DNA of 63,145 nt, counting the filler, from Hausera hauseri (Eukaryota), in the NCBI GenBank assembly GCA_046269625.1. It is 12 parts of 12 records of this genome, joined end to end, with 100 filler letters (N's around TTAATTAATTAA, not from the genome) between each part and the next. Parts side by side here need not be neighbours in the genome. Positions count along the whole stretch, not along the records: positions 25,173 to 29,616 come from JBJURY010578893.1; positions 29,717 to 36,634 come from JBJURY010051441.1; positions 36,735 to 41,291 come from JBJURY010529012.1; 9 more parts are not named here. One strand, given 5' to 3'. The position numbers and the translations under genes were made by a program. Each line of letters begins with the position of its first letter. The first letter of the stretch is position 1. Shown piece after piece: positions 26,014 through 37,069 of this stretch. The notes under the pieces were generated by a model that was not told where the DNA came from, searched no databases, and saw only the letters and a program-made list of their open reading frames with translations.

Positions 26014-29000
26014 ATGAATAAGCTTGAAAAAATCCAATTTGACAGTCTTCTCAATAAGATTACTCAGGAGATTGAAAATCATTTTAATAAAACTAGTCCA
26101 AATGGAGCGAAATTTCTTTTAGCTAATGCTTTAGAATCGAAATCCGATCAGGAGTTTATTAAAAAAATTCCACCAGGAATGTCGGTAACATTTCTGAAAA
26201 ATATTTTCGATGTCACGAAACGAATGACTCCGAAGGGTGGATTTAAAGATTATGAAAAGTTGTTACGACCCAATAAAGGCGAAAATAAATCGGAAATCGT
26301 TGTATCAAATGACACTGGAAAAAATGCTGAAAAGAAAGCGTTACTGCCGTGTTTAGCATTGGAAAACACAAACATTATGGAAGTTGAAAAGGAAACTTCC
26401 GATGAATATATTAGGAATTTGAATCCGGAAACTCTGCAGCAGATTCACGACGTTTTGGAAAATGAGAAAATCAAATCATTAAAACAAAACGCTAGATCGT
26501 CTTCATCAGATCGATCACGATCCAGATCCCGTGACAGACGTGATAAAAGACACGACAGAAAACATCGAAAGAATCATCATAAATCTCGATCTAATTCACG
26601 AGACAAACATCACAACAGGCGTTCAAGAAGAAGTCGATCAAAATCTCTTGAACGAACAGATCGGTCAGAAATGAGTCGTCCGCAAGTCGGTAAAGTATAC
26701 AAAGGTTCAGTAACAAGTTTACGGCACAATGCATTGTTTGTTCGTCTGTCAGGATTTAGCAGGAATGTCGAAGGTATGGTGCACATATCAAATTTACGCA
26801 GCTATCGTGTAAGTGACGTTAAAGATGTCGTTTCAATGGGGGAGAGAGTCTACGTTAAAGTGATGTCAATCGAAAATAATCGCATCAAATTAAGTATGAA
26901 ATTGGTGGATCAGAAAACCGGCAAAGATCTGCTGGATGATATTCAACAAGATCGAATCAGAAATCCGGATAAACCAGAAATATACGGCAATAATCAGTCG
27001 AATGACCAACATCTCCACAGTCCAACGAAACGAAAGGTTCAACGAATCAGTAGTCCAGAACGATGGGAATTGCGGCAAATGGCAAGTGCCGGTGTATTGA
27101 AACTATCGGATCATCCAAACTACATTGAGGGTAACGATCTGATGGAGGAAGATGACGAATCAGACGAGGATGTTGAAATAGAGTTAGTCGAAGAAGAACC
27201 AGTATTTCTCACTGGACAAGGGAAACAAGCCATCGAATTGTCGCCAGTGAGAATCGTAAAGAATCCTGATGGTTCTCTGCAGAATGCGGCAATGATGCAG
27301 ACAGCACTCCAGAAACAACGTCGCGAAATTAAGCAGCAGGAAAAACAGAGCGAACAAATGTCGAAGGATGCCGGCCAACGATCGATGGGTAAAGATTGGC
27401 ATGATCCTGCTTCTTTGAACATGAGTAACACTGTGGATTCGAGATTCAGCAAAAGTGAAAAGTATTCCGACGTTCCCGAATGGAAGAAATACGTGTCGAG
27501 TGGCGTTGGCGGTCGAGGTGCATCAACACTGATGTTGAATAAGTCGATACTCGAACAGCGTCAGAGTCTACCAATTTACAAATTGCGTGATGAATTATTA
27601 ATGGCCATAGCAGTAAAGAACGTGTTAGTCGTTCTCGGAGAAACTGGTAGTGGGAAAACGACTCAAATCACTCAGTATATTGCCGAAGCCGGATTGTCAT
27701 CCAACGGAAAGATTGCTTGCACTCAGCCGAGAAGAGTTGCAGCGAAATCTGTTGCTAAACGTGTAGCAGATGAATTTGGCTGTCTGCTTGGTCAAGAAGT
27801 CGGCTACACTATTCGATTTGAAGATATGACGACACCGGACACTAAAATTAAATATATGACTGATGGAATGTTGCTACGGGAGTGTTTAATAGATCCAGAA
27901 TTGAAACAATATTCTGTAATCATGCTCGACGAAGCACACGAACGGACGATCCATACTGATGTTCTTTTTGGTCTTTTGAAGAAAGCATCTGCCGAACGGA
28001 ACGACTTAAAACTAATTGTTACATCGGCAACACTAAATTCTGTGAAATTCTCTGAATATTTCTTCAGTGCGCCAATATTCCGTATTCCTGGTCGAACGTA
28101 CGAGGTCGAAGTGCTGTACAGTATTGAGCCGCAACAAGATTATCTGGAGGCAAGTCTCAATACGGTGATGCACATCCATCTCACAGAACCACCCGGTGAT
28201 ATTCTACTGTTTCTTACTGGACAGGAAGAAATTGACACGTGTTGCGAGATCATATTCAATCGAATTAAAGCACTCGGACCAGAATGCCCCGAACTGATTA
28301 TTTTACCTGTATATTCGGCAATGCCATCAGAACATCAGTCGCGTATATTTGATCCGGCCCCACCAAACGCGCGTAAATTGGTGATCGCGACCAACATAGC
28401 AGAAACAAGTCTAACAATTGATGGAATATACTACGTAATCGACCCTGGATTTGTTAAACAGAAAGTGTACAATAGCAAATCTGGAATGGATCAACTCATC
28501 GTCACTCCCATTTCTCAAGCGCAGGCTGATCAGAGAAAAGGTCGTGCAGGTCGAACTGGCCCAGGAAAATGTTTTCGACTGTACACTGAGCGAGCATTCA
28601 TGGACGAAATGCTGCCGAATAACGTTCCAGAAATTCAACGTACAAACTTAGCGAGCACTGTACTGCAGTTGAAAGCAATGGGAATTAATGATTTGCTGAC
28701 ATTTGACTTTATGGACGCTCCCCCGACCCAGACATTGGTAAAGGCAATGACCGAATTACACGCATTATCCGCACTGGATGATGAAGGACTCCTGACAAAA
28801 TTGGGCAGAAAGATGGCAGAATTTCCCTTGGAGCCAATGTTGTCAAAGATGTTAATAATGTCTGTTCATCTCGGCTGCAGTGAGGAAATACTAACGATCG
28901 TCTCCATGCTTAGTGTCGAGCCAGCCTTCTATCGTCCGAAGGACAAGGCCGATGCAGCGGATCAGAAAAAGGCCAAATTTAATCAACCGGAAGGTGATCA

Positions 29001-29556
29001 TATCACATTACTCGCTGTTTACAATGCGTGGAAGAACAGCAAATTCAGCACACCATGGTGCTACGACAATTTCATACAGTCCAGGTCCTTAAAGCACGCG
29101 CAGGACGTTCGTAAGCAACTTCTAGGTATCATGGACAGGTATGGTTTAAAAGTGATTAGCTGCGGGAAAAACACAGGGCTCATCCAAAAGGCAATTGTGT
29201 CAGGTTTCTTCAGAAATGCAGCAAGGAAAGATCCACAGGAAGGTTATCGGACGCTCGTTGACCAGCAAGTTGTTCACATCCATCCTTCGAGCTCATTGTT
29301 CCATCGTCAGCCCGATTGGGTCATGTTCCACGAACTTATTCTTACATCAAAGGAATACATGCGAGAAGTTACGACCATTGATCCTAAATGGTTAGTGGAG
29401 TTTGCTCCAAAGTTTTTCAAATTCGCTGATCCAACGAAACTTAGTCAGTCCAAGAAATCTCAGAAGATTGAACCATTGTACAATCGTTTTGAAGATAAAG
29501 ATGCTTGGCGAATCTCTAGAGTGCCTAAAACGTTTCATGTCAAAACTACATTTTGA
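26014..29556 (+). CDS. DHX8: Pre-mRNA splicing DEAH-box RNA helicase DHX8/PRP22, intact and intronless
   Basis: Uninterrupted 1180-aa ORF from ATG 26014: RS domain, S1 domain (GKVYKG..EGMVHIS), [40 protein letters not shown]2, and C-terminal [25 protein letters not shown] at 29574-29579. Confidence 0.97.
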   Translation: MNKLEKIQFDSLLNKITQEIENHFNKTSPNGAKFLLANALESKSDQEFIKKIPPGMSVTFLKNIFDVTKRMTPKGGFKDYEKLLRPNKGENKSEIVVSNDTGKNAEKKALLPCLALENTNIMEVEKETSDEYIRNLNPETLQQIHDVLENEKIKSLKQNARSSSSDRSRSRSRDRRDKRHDRKHRKNHHKSRSNSRDKHHNRRSRRSRSKSLERTDRSEMSRPQVGKVYKGSVTSLRHNALFVRLSGFSRNVEGMVHISNLRSYRVSDVKDVVSMGERVYVKVMSIENNRIKLSMKLVDQKTGKDLLDDIQQDRIRNPDKPEIYGNNQSNDQHLHSPTKRKVQRISSPERWELRQMASAGVLKLSDHPNYIEGNDLMEEDDESDEDVEIELVEEEPVFLTGQGKQAIELSPVRIVKNPDGSLQNAAMMQTALQKQRREIKQQEKQSEQMSKDAGQRSMGKDWHDPASLNMSNTVDSRFSKSEKYSDVPEWKKYVSSGVGGRGASTLMLNKSILEQRQSLPIYKLRDELLMAIAVKNVLVVLGETGSGKTTQITQYIAEAGLSSNGKIACTQPRRVAAKSVAKRVADEFGCLLGQEVGYTIRFEDMTTPDTKIKYMTDGMLLRECLIDPELKQYSVIMLDEAHERTIHTDVLFGLLKKASAERNDLKLIVTSATLNSVKFSEYFFSAPIFRIPGRTYEVEVLYSIEPQQDYLEASLNTVMHIHLTEPPGDILLFLTGQEEIDTCCEIIFNRIKALGPECPELIILPVYSAMPSEHQSRIFDPAPPNARKLVIATNIAETSLTIDGIYYVIDPGFVKQKVYNSKSGMDQLIVTPISQAQADQRKGRAGRTGPGKCFRLYTERAFMDEMLPNNVPEIQRTNLASTVLQLKAMGINDLLTFDFMDAPPTQTLVKAMTELHALSALDDEGLLTKLGRKMAEFPLEPMLSKMLIMSVHLGCSEEILTIVSMLSVEPAFYRPKDKADAADQKKAKFNQPEGDHITLLAVYNAWKNSKFSTPWCYDNFIQSRSLKHAQDVRKQLLGIMDRYGLKVISCGKNTGLIQKAIVSGFFRNAARKDPQEGYRTLVDQQVVHIHPSSSLFHRQPDWVMFHELILTSKEYMREVTTIDPKWLVEFAPKFFKFADPTKLSQSKKSQKIEPLYNRFEDKDAWRISRVPKTFHVKTTF

Positions 29557-29716
29557 AAAACTTTTTTATTGTTAATAAAAAGTATCTTGTTGTATGTTGT
29601 GAGTTGCAGGCTTAATNNNNNNNNNNNNNNNNNNNNNNNNNNNNNNNNNNNNNNNNNNNNTTAATTAATTAANNNNNNNNNNNNNNNNNNNNNNNNNNNN
29701 NNNNNNNNNNNNNNNN

Positions 29717-32700
29717 CGTATTTGTGTACGAAATACAATGTCCCTAGAAAACTCCTCATATCGGTAATAGTAGTTGGCAACGTCACAATTTTTATTTGTT
29801 GTCAGCGATTAGGCTGGGGCGAATGCCCTTGGGTAGTAATTATGTGGCCTAAGAAGTTGACGCGTTTTTGGAAGAAATTGCATTTGGCAAAATTAACTTG
29901 CAGGTTGCTTTGATACAATTTGTGGAAAATAATCCTAAGGCGCTCATGATGTTGGATGGAGCTGGAAGCGACTAATATGTCATCTATGTACGGGTGAGCA
30001 AAATCAAGACCAGAAAGAACGGTGTCAATGTGACGCTGAAAAGTCTGAGATGCGCTACGAAGGGTGAAAGGCATGAAGATGTTTTCATAAAGATCAAATG
30101 GTGTGATGACAGCAGTTTTTGGAATGTCATCAGGTACAAGAGGAATTTGATAATAGGCTTTGTGCAGATCAATGGTAGAATAGGTATTGGTGTTGTTGAG
30201 GCTATGAAGAATACCTTTAATGAGTGATAGTGTATAGGCATCTGTAATAGTTAGACTGTTTAATTGTCGATAGTCGCCACATGGCCTATAGGAACCATCT
30301 TTCTTTACCACTACATGAAGAGAAGCCCACAGTGAATTCGATCTCCGAATGATGCCAGACCTTTCCAGTTTATTAAGTTCCTGTTGCACAGCTTTACGCC
30401 TGCGTGACTACAAAGGTCTAACCTTCTTTTTGATCGGCCTTTAATGCTCTGTTACTATGTGATGATAAGTTGTAGATGGAGGCTTGAAGTTGACGTCCCT
30501 TTTAACTATGCAGAAGCAAGACGTTGTGAAGTATGATGTAAGATTGGAGTCCAGAGACAAGAATGAATGAGGCATATCATTAGAGAGAACAGCTCCAGTG
30601 ATTGACGAAAAGCAACTGGCATAGCTACTGTAGAAGCCTAATTTGGATTTTTGTTTTAGAATAGATTTATGATTGTCGTTCATAATGGAAATATTGGCGA
30701 CTTTATCGGGTTTTTTATAGATGACGAAGCGTTTAACATATTCACAGATGAGTGTAATGAATTGCTTGCTAAATTGTTTACGAGATACATGTTTGGAGTT
30801 GCAATCGAGTTCCTGCTTAAAAGACAGCCATATTTGCAATCGACCAATAAATCATGTGCGGCAAGGAAATCTGAGCCTATTATTGGAGATTTAATATTGG
30901 TCACGTGGAACTTCCAGACAAATTTATCTGGCAAGTTGGCGAAAGTGAAAGTCAGTTCCGCGGTTCCTGCAACATGCAACGGTTGTCCACTGGCAGTGAA
31001 AAGCGGAGGACAAGAAATTATTGTGGATGTAGGGGTGAAGGACAACCGAAGGAGCGAAAAGGCAGCTCCTATATGTGTTAGGAATTCGATATTTGAGGTA
31101 TCTCTGCATAACAGTACAGCTTTCAACTGAAAGACTGCCGAGACGATGTTGAAACGGCCAGAAGATTGAGCGATATTGCCTGTTCCAGAATGTGCCGTAA
31201 AATATGGCGATATTATTAGTTTTTTGAAGTTTTTGGAGAAAAAGAAGAAGAAGAAGAAAAGAGAGGAGATTTATCGCTGTAATGTTTACAACCAGGTACA
31301 CATGATCTAGCCTGTGACTAACTTATTGTGGTAGACACAAATAGTGTTGTTCACAGTGTACAGTTCGCTGTAGAACCGACAATCCAAAAAGCACTTCCTA
31401 GCATCCCTTCGAAATTGCGTGTGATAGAAACAAGTCATGCGTCCGCTAGATAAAATGGATCGAGCAAAGTGTTTGAAAATGCTTCTCTCCTTGAATGTCT
31501 GGTATCACTTCGTCGAGGCCCATTAAGATTATTTAGTTTGGTAGTAATGACCAAAATCGACTGCTGTAACCTGTCAAACTGTTGCTGCATCATTTACAAT
31601 TGTTCAGTAAAAAATGTTATGTCTGTAGTTGGAACACATGTGGTTGCGGCCGCAATAGGGAGAGAACTGTTGGTATGAAGAATCTCAAAGGATCTGTCAG
31701 CCATTATTGCCAGTTTTTCGATAGCAATGGACTCGTCGACAACGGTGAGCAAGACTCTGATTGAGGTAGGCAAAGGCGATAAGAAATAACAGTGAATTAA
31801 ATCAGCCTTATTCGTAGGTGTCACCCCTAGCGCGCTGAGCTGCAAAATGGCCGTTGGGAGAAAGTTGGATGGCTTTTGGTTCCCTATCGCGTGGTCATTA
31901 AAATACTTTTGTATTATGTTGTCAATCGAAGAATCCGTGACATGAAGTACAGTTTCACAAAGTGTCTCGTAAGGTGTCGAGGATTGTAACAGCTCGGAGA
32001 TATTATTAATCTGCTGCTTGACGTTGGCAGGCAGAAGAATTAAAAGGCTATTGGCTCGCACAAAAAATCTGTGATGTTGTGCGATTTTAGCCACTGTTGG
32101 TGGAATTGGAGCCATGGTTTGCTAGAGTTATGTTTGTCGAGAAAGAATTCAACACAAGGTAAATTTAACCAACCTCGTGATTGTTGGGAGTGGCAAACGA
32201 TAGATGTTGCCTGTATTCGTGGATTTATCATCCGAGCAGGACGGATTTGGATCCGATCCACCCCGGAGGTGAAAATGGAGCATAAGGTGGATGATTGGAC
32301 GTTCATGGGATACAAAAGACAAAAGTGAGTCGACGGAATGTACAGTGATACTTCGATGTGTAAAATAGAATTTGGCAGTGTCGAGTAAGGAGGACAGAGA
32401 GGTGTGTAATAGCTGCGCCGTGAAATTGAGTGGCGCCTTAATGGTCGTTGTGTTTATTGTTATTGAAGATAAGGAATGAGAGTTGCGGCGAAGCAATTCC
32501 AGGAGAATGGTAAAATGTAAAAGGAGCTTGTGCGGTTTGCTTCCGTGTTAACAAAAGATATGGGCATGCAGTTGGGATAGCGGTGGCAAGTGATGATTGG
32601 AATAAAGGAGTATCCAAAAATAGTAAGCTGAAAAACATTTTGAAGTGAAGGAGGATGAGCTTTGAAGGATTTGTAAATGCAAAGAACATGGCCGCACCGG
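29717..32700 (-). mobile_element. Decayed CsRn1-like gypsy element (family G1), 5' half: leader, gag, protease, RT
   Basis: Gag PYETL..IGNQKPS..LPTSIR..LAIMAD and CHCC motif CFYHTQFRRDARKCFLDC; protease LFTASG..PIIGSDFL; RT PCGDYRQLN, YIDDILVAS. Confidence 0.92.
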
Positions 32701-32719
32701 TGGACATAAATCAGTAAAA

Positions 32720-33430
32720 AGAACCTCACCCACCTGAGTTTGAATATCTAAGTCCTGGATGTAGAATTTGGACACAACTGAAGTGTTTTCCCCAGTGAAC
32801 CATCCTTCTTGATCAGATGAACACCGGTCTCGTAGACACCTCTCGAATATTGGTTCTGAGGTTTTCGATAGCATTTCAATTAGACTTTTGCTGAGTATTT
32901 AGATTTCCAAGTTGATATCTTGTTTTCGAGTCATCGTTTCGAATTTCTTAGCAGTCTTCTCCAATTCTTTGTTCTGTTCAGCCTTTTTTCTTTTGCAATT
33001 CATCGAGCCACATGTCATACCTTTTCAGTTCATGATCCTCGTCATCAACATTCACATTTCCCGATCCAATGTCATTATCTTCTACAGATACGTCATCGAC
33101 ATCGGCTTTGTTCATTGGATGTGAAACTGATTCAACAGACGATGTATCAGCTGGATGTGAATCGAACAAAGTTGTTTGATAATCGTACTCGTTGTATTCC
33201 GCAGGTTTATTCTCTTGATCAACCAAATAAAACAACAACGAATCACTCGACAAGTTAACTTCAAAATACAAATTATTCATCGATTCATCCTTTTTTCTTC
33301 ACCATCGGCAAACGACAATATTTTTGTCTGTCTGCTCACAAAACGTACGTTTTTCTTCAACGATTTCTTTATCGGTAGACAGTCTGTTACACTTTCTTTA
33401 CAAACCATGTTAAGAAGCGACGCTGAAGTT
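32720..33430 (-). pseudogene. Second unidentified cellular-type gene fragment (acidic region plus coiled coil) joined to the supervillin fragment
   Basis: ORF 32978-33280 lies in the supervillin frame after one TAA but lacks gelsolin-repeat motifs; continues via a frameshift towards ~32720. Confidence 0.4.
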
Positions 33431-33434
33431 TAAT

Positions 33435-35620
33435 TCGAGTAAATGATGAGATGCACGATTCCACGGTCAAATACAATGGCAGGACTTTCTTCATTTTGTT
33501 TGACTCTGATTTGAGAAACTATCTTTATCGAGTTCTATAGTCAATAAGGCACTAGCAGTTTTTTTAGTAACACTCGTTTTAATTCCTTGCCAGAAGAAAA
33601 ATTATGATGAAACATTTCCAGAACCTTGTTTCCGATATCGTCCAAGAGATTTTAATTCATATTACCAACGAATAATATACGCGACTTCACTACAGAATTG
33701 ACCCAAGCTGTCATTTGACAACCGAACAGCGTCATTATCTGTAATGTGCCAAGCTTCGATCATTTTCGTTTCAACATCAAATTCCCGTAATATTCCGTCT
33801 TCAATGATTTTCCAATAACCACCTCGTCCGACATTCTTTTCAACAAAAAATAAATTAACGCATTGATGAGGATTTTTTAAAAAACTACAAAGATCCAAGG
33901 GTTCAAGGATGATGTCAACTTTTTGAGCTTTCGTGTCCAAGGCAGATTTACTAGCAAATCTAATTAACTTTGATGTTTCAGGCCAATCCACAAATTTTTT
34001 CTTAAGTAAAGCAGTTTCCCCCTTTTCAGAAAGTAGTCCAACAACAACCCAGTTTGGCCTTGGATCATTTTTTTGGGATCCAAGTCAGGGTCTTATTCTG
34101 ATAGATGATTAAAAGGATGTACAGAAGAATTTTCATAATTACATCCTCGATCAAAAAGTTGTCTTAGAAAGTCTTTGCCCGTTAATTTATCGCTTTGACT
34201 AGCCTTTATACCGCGCCATAAATATAATTCGGTGCCAAAATCGAAAATTAACACTTCATCCTCCTTTAAAATAGAATATTTTGGTGATGTTCCCCAAAAT
34301 TCATTAATGGGCAAAAGTTGATTTCCCGAAACAGTGAATACCATATTTGTTCGTTTAATTAGTTGTTTATACAATTCGTCTTCATCGCAGTCGCCAGGCA
34401 ATTTTGCAGACTGCACCCGGTCATACTTAAGAGCCTTCCAAAATTCAATTACACCGGTATTGTTATTTGCATCTGTGGATTTCACAACAACCGGCTTATC
34501 AACTGCAGATCGATAATTCAGTTCTTCCCTTTTAGCAGTCCATGATGCTAGTTCATGGGCCTTATTAATTTCAATTATATTGGCAACGTCGCCTTCCCAA
34601 ATAAAAATACGGCTTTCTGTCAGCAGCAAATAACAATCTCCAATATTCATGGAAGAAGCCGAAGGTGTAACGAGCCTTACTTGGATTTTCTTTCGACCTT
34701 TGACAGAAATCAACATCAAATCTTTATATGGACTAATAAATTGTTCAAAAGATTTAATACTTTCAGTTCTGCGCAATTTTACTTGTGAAGAATCCTATTT
34801 ACTTGAAAGACCAGCTACAGCTTCTTCTCATAACCAGCTTTAGCTTGCATGTTTTCAACTTTATATCGTTTGCATTCTCGTTTGGCAACATCCGTCACGT
34901 TCATCATACTCCAACTTAATATCTGTTCTTTCATTTAGCTTTTTGATTGAATTTTTTCCCTGAGGACCTTTTTGATGTCGAGTTGGTTTTGTGGGCCGCT
35001 TCGTTAGTTTTAAATTAATTTCCGAATTGAGAAAAATATCAAAACCATCTGATGTCACTGTATTATTAAATGAAGACTGAGCTTGGTCAAATTGAGGAAA
35101 AAAATTTGAAAGACTCATCGTCGATTTTTGGTGTGGTAACCTTCTGAGAGTGACCTGTTTGTAGAATTTCTTCCTTTTTACATTCTTGAGGGCTTTTGAC
35201 GTTCTGGTTATTATTAGTCAGAGTAGCACCAAGATCTATAGAAATATTCGAGACTAGAGTAAATTTAGGAAGAATCCTCATAACCTCATCAGATCTGGTT
35301 AGACGTGTAACATAACTATTGTGTAATATATTTTCTGATATATTACTGCCATGATAAGTTTGTCTGTCAATATTTTTCCACTTGTTTTCACCTGATTTCA
35401 TCAAAGCAATTCGCTGAACGATTGATAACAAAGAATCGTCCTTTTCTGTTTCTGTACATTCCATGTCGATTTTGGTTATTGGTTGACTGATATGATGTCG
35501 TTTTGTGTATTGTTCATTGGGTAACGTTTCCTTTTCAGTTGAACCAGTTTTAGTTTTATTCTGACACCAGTGTCGTTTTGATAACATGAGTATTAATTCC
35601 ATTAGAAAAAATTCCAAAAG
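33435..35620 (-). pseudogene. SVIL: Supervillin-like (villin/gelsolin family) decayed, 3'-truncated copy
   Basis: SIVQRIALMKSGENKW, PYKDLMLISVKGRKKIQVRLV, GDCYLLL, FDFGTELYLWRG, RPNW..ETALLKKKFVDW, GQFCSEVAYIIRW, FFWQG..SALLTIELD; multiple stops and frameshifts; no introns in this span. Confidence 0.88.
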
Positions 35621-36150
35621 ANNNNNNNNNNTAAAACATTTTGTATTTGACTGTCAAAATTTTCAATTATTAAATCATTAAAAGAAATCAATTTTTTAAA
35701 CCTTCCATTCATACATACATTCAAACTAATATAACTATATACATCAAATATACATAAAGAAAAAGTTGTAGACAAAACAGAAACGTCCATGTTTTATGCA
35801 CTGGTAATTATCGTTTCCCTCCAAAATTAAAATATTAAATTTATCGTTTTATCAGTATTAGACCGGTAAATATGTGCATGTTTTTTTTTGATTATTTCTG
35901 CGGATGATTTACGTGCTGAATATTTATTCGTCAATGGGCCTAACATACCGTCATTTTTATCATCAAAGTCGAATTTCCGTCTCATTACCAGATTTCCACG
36001 TCTTACCCAGATTCGATTCGTCATCGTTTTTCGGACCCGGTGATTTTCTAGCACCAAGCTGACATCCACTGTCTCCAAATGACTTTCTTGGCAAACTCGG
36101 ATTTACCGACGACCGAAATGACGTCGAATAATCCAAGTTCACTAAAGATG

Positions 36151-36634
36151 ATTTCCGCTTTAAAACACGGTGGGAGAAATTCTCTCACCGACTCGACAGC
36201 CTCGAACAGTGCAGCCACGTACCAGGCACCACATCACCCCCCCCCGTGGCAAGACGAAGACTATGAACAGAAGGAAATGAATGGAAATTATAGTAGGAAA
36301 AAGAATAGCTTATACCTATTCGGCTTTGGTACGTGTTAGACGTTGGACTCCATCTATGAACTTCTCCCTCTTGTAAGTGCCGAGCGTCACATTACGTGAT
36401 CTGTTAGATGTTGCTAGTACTTGTGGATTTGTTCGAGGGAGAGATACTGTGGATTTTGTAATACTGGAAGATGCTTCATGAAGAGTTGAAAGTGGAGAGG
36501 AAGCTGAAAACGGAAAAGGATGACGCGAAGAAGGCGATAATGGCGATTGGAGCGATTCGTCCAATGACGGTGAAAGGAGTAGTAGGTGTGCAGGCGATGA
36601 TGGCGAAGTAAGTGGTGAATGAGCAGTAAACGAT
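36151..36634 (-). mobile_element. 3' end of another G1 gypsy copy: pol tail, PPT (36234-36246), LTR head from 36233
   Basis: Tail peptide RNVTLGTYKREKFIDGVQRL is homologous to RRVTFSKYSREKSVQGVQRL at ~60150-60230; the plus strand gcaccacatcaccccc..gtggca nearly matches 19814-19840. Confidence 0.85.
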
Positions 36635-37069
36635 NNNNNNNNNNNNNNNNNNNNNNNNNNNNNNNNNNNNNNNNNNNNTTAATTAATTAANNNNNNNNNN
36701 NNNNNNNNNNNNNNNNNNNNNNNNNNNNNNNNNNTGTGGTATTAAATCACCAGTGTGGAAGTTGAGGAAGTTTACCCTAATGAATTGACTTTAGCTTATG
36801 ATTTGTAATAAAATTTATTTGAGTTTTTGGTGTTGTGTTTTATTGCGTTGTGAAAAGTATTTGAGTTTTTGAGTAATATAAAATTTTTTTTGGTAACCCA
36901 ACTTAAGCCCCATTTCCTTGTTATAAAACAGAAGACAAAAGTTAGTGTACAAATACGTTATTGATTACATGTACAGCAGAATAATGTAAAACAAACAAAG
37001 ATCACAAAAGTCAGTGATCTGGCTGGTTGGTCTGAATTGCATCTTTGTACTGATTGGACTGTTATTTTG

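Noticed and set aside
33435-34800. Stop-codon reassignment (TAA/TAG read as sense) explaining in-frame stops in host-like genes
   Set aside because: DHX8 has no in-frame stops over 1180 codons, and the broken genes also have frameshifts; pseudogenisation is simpler.
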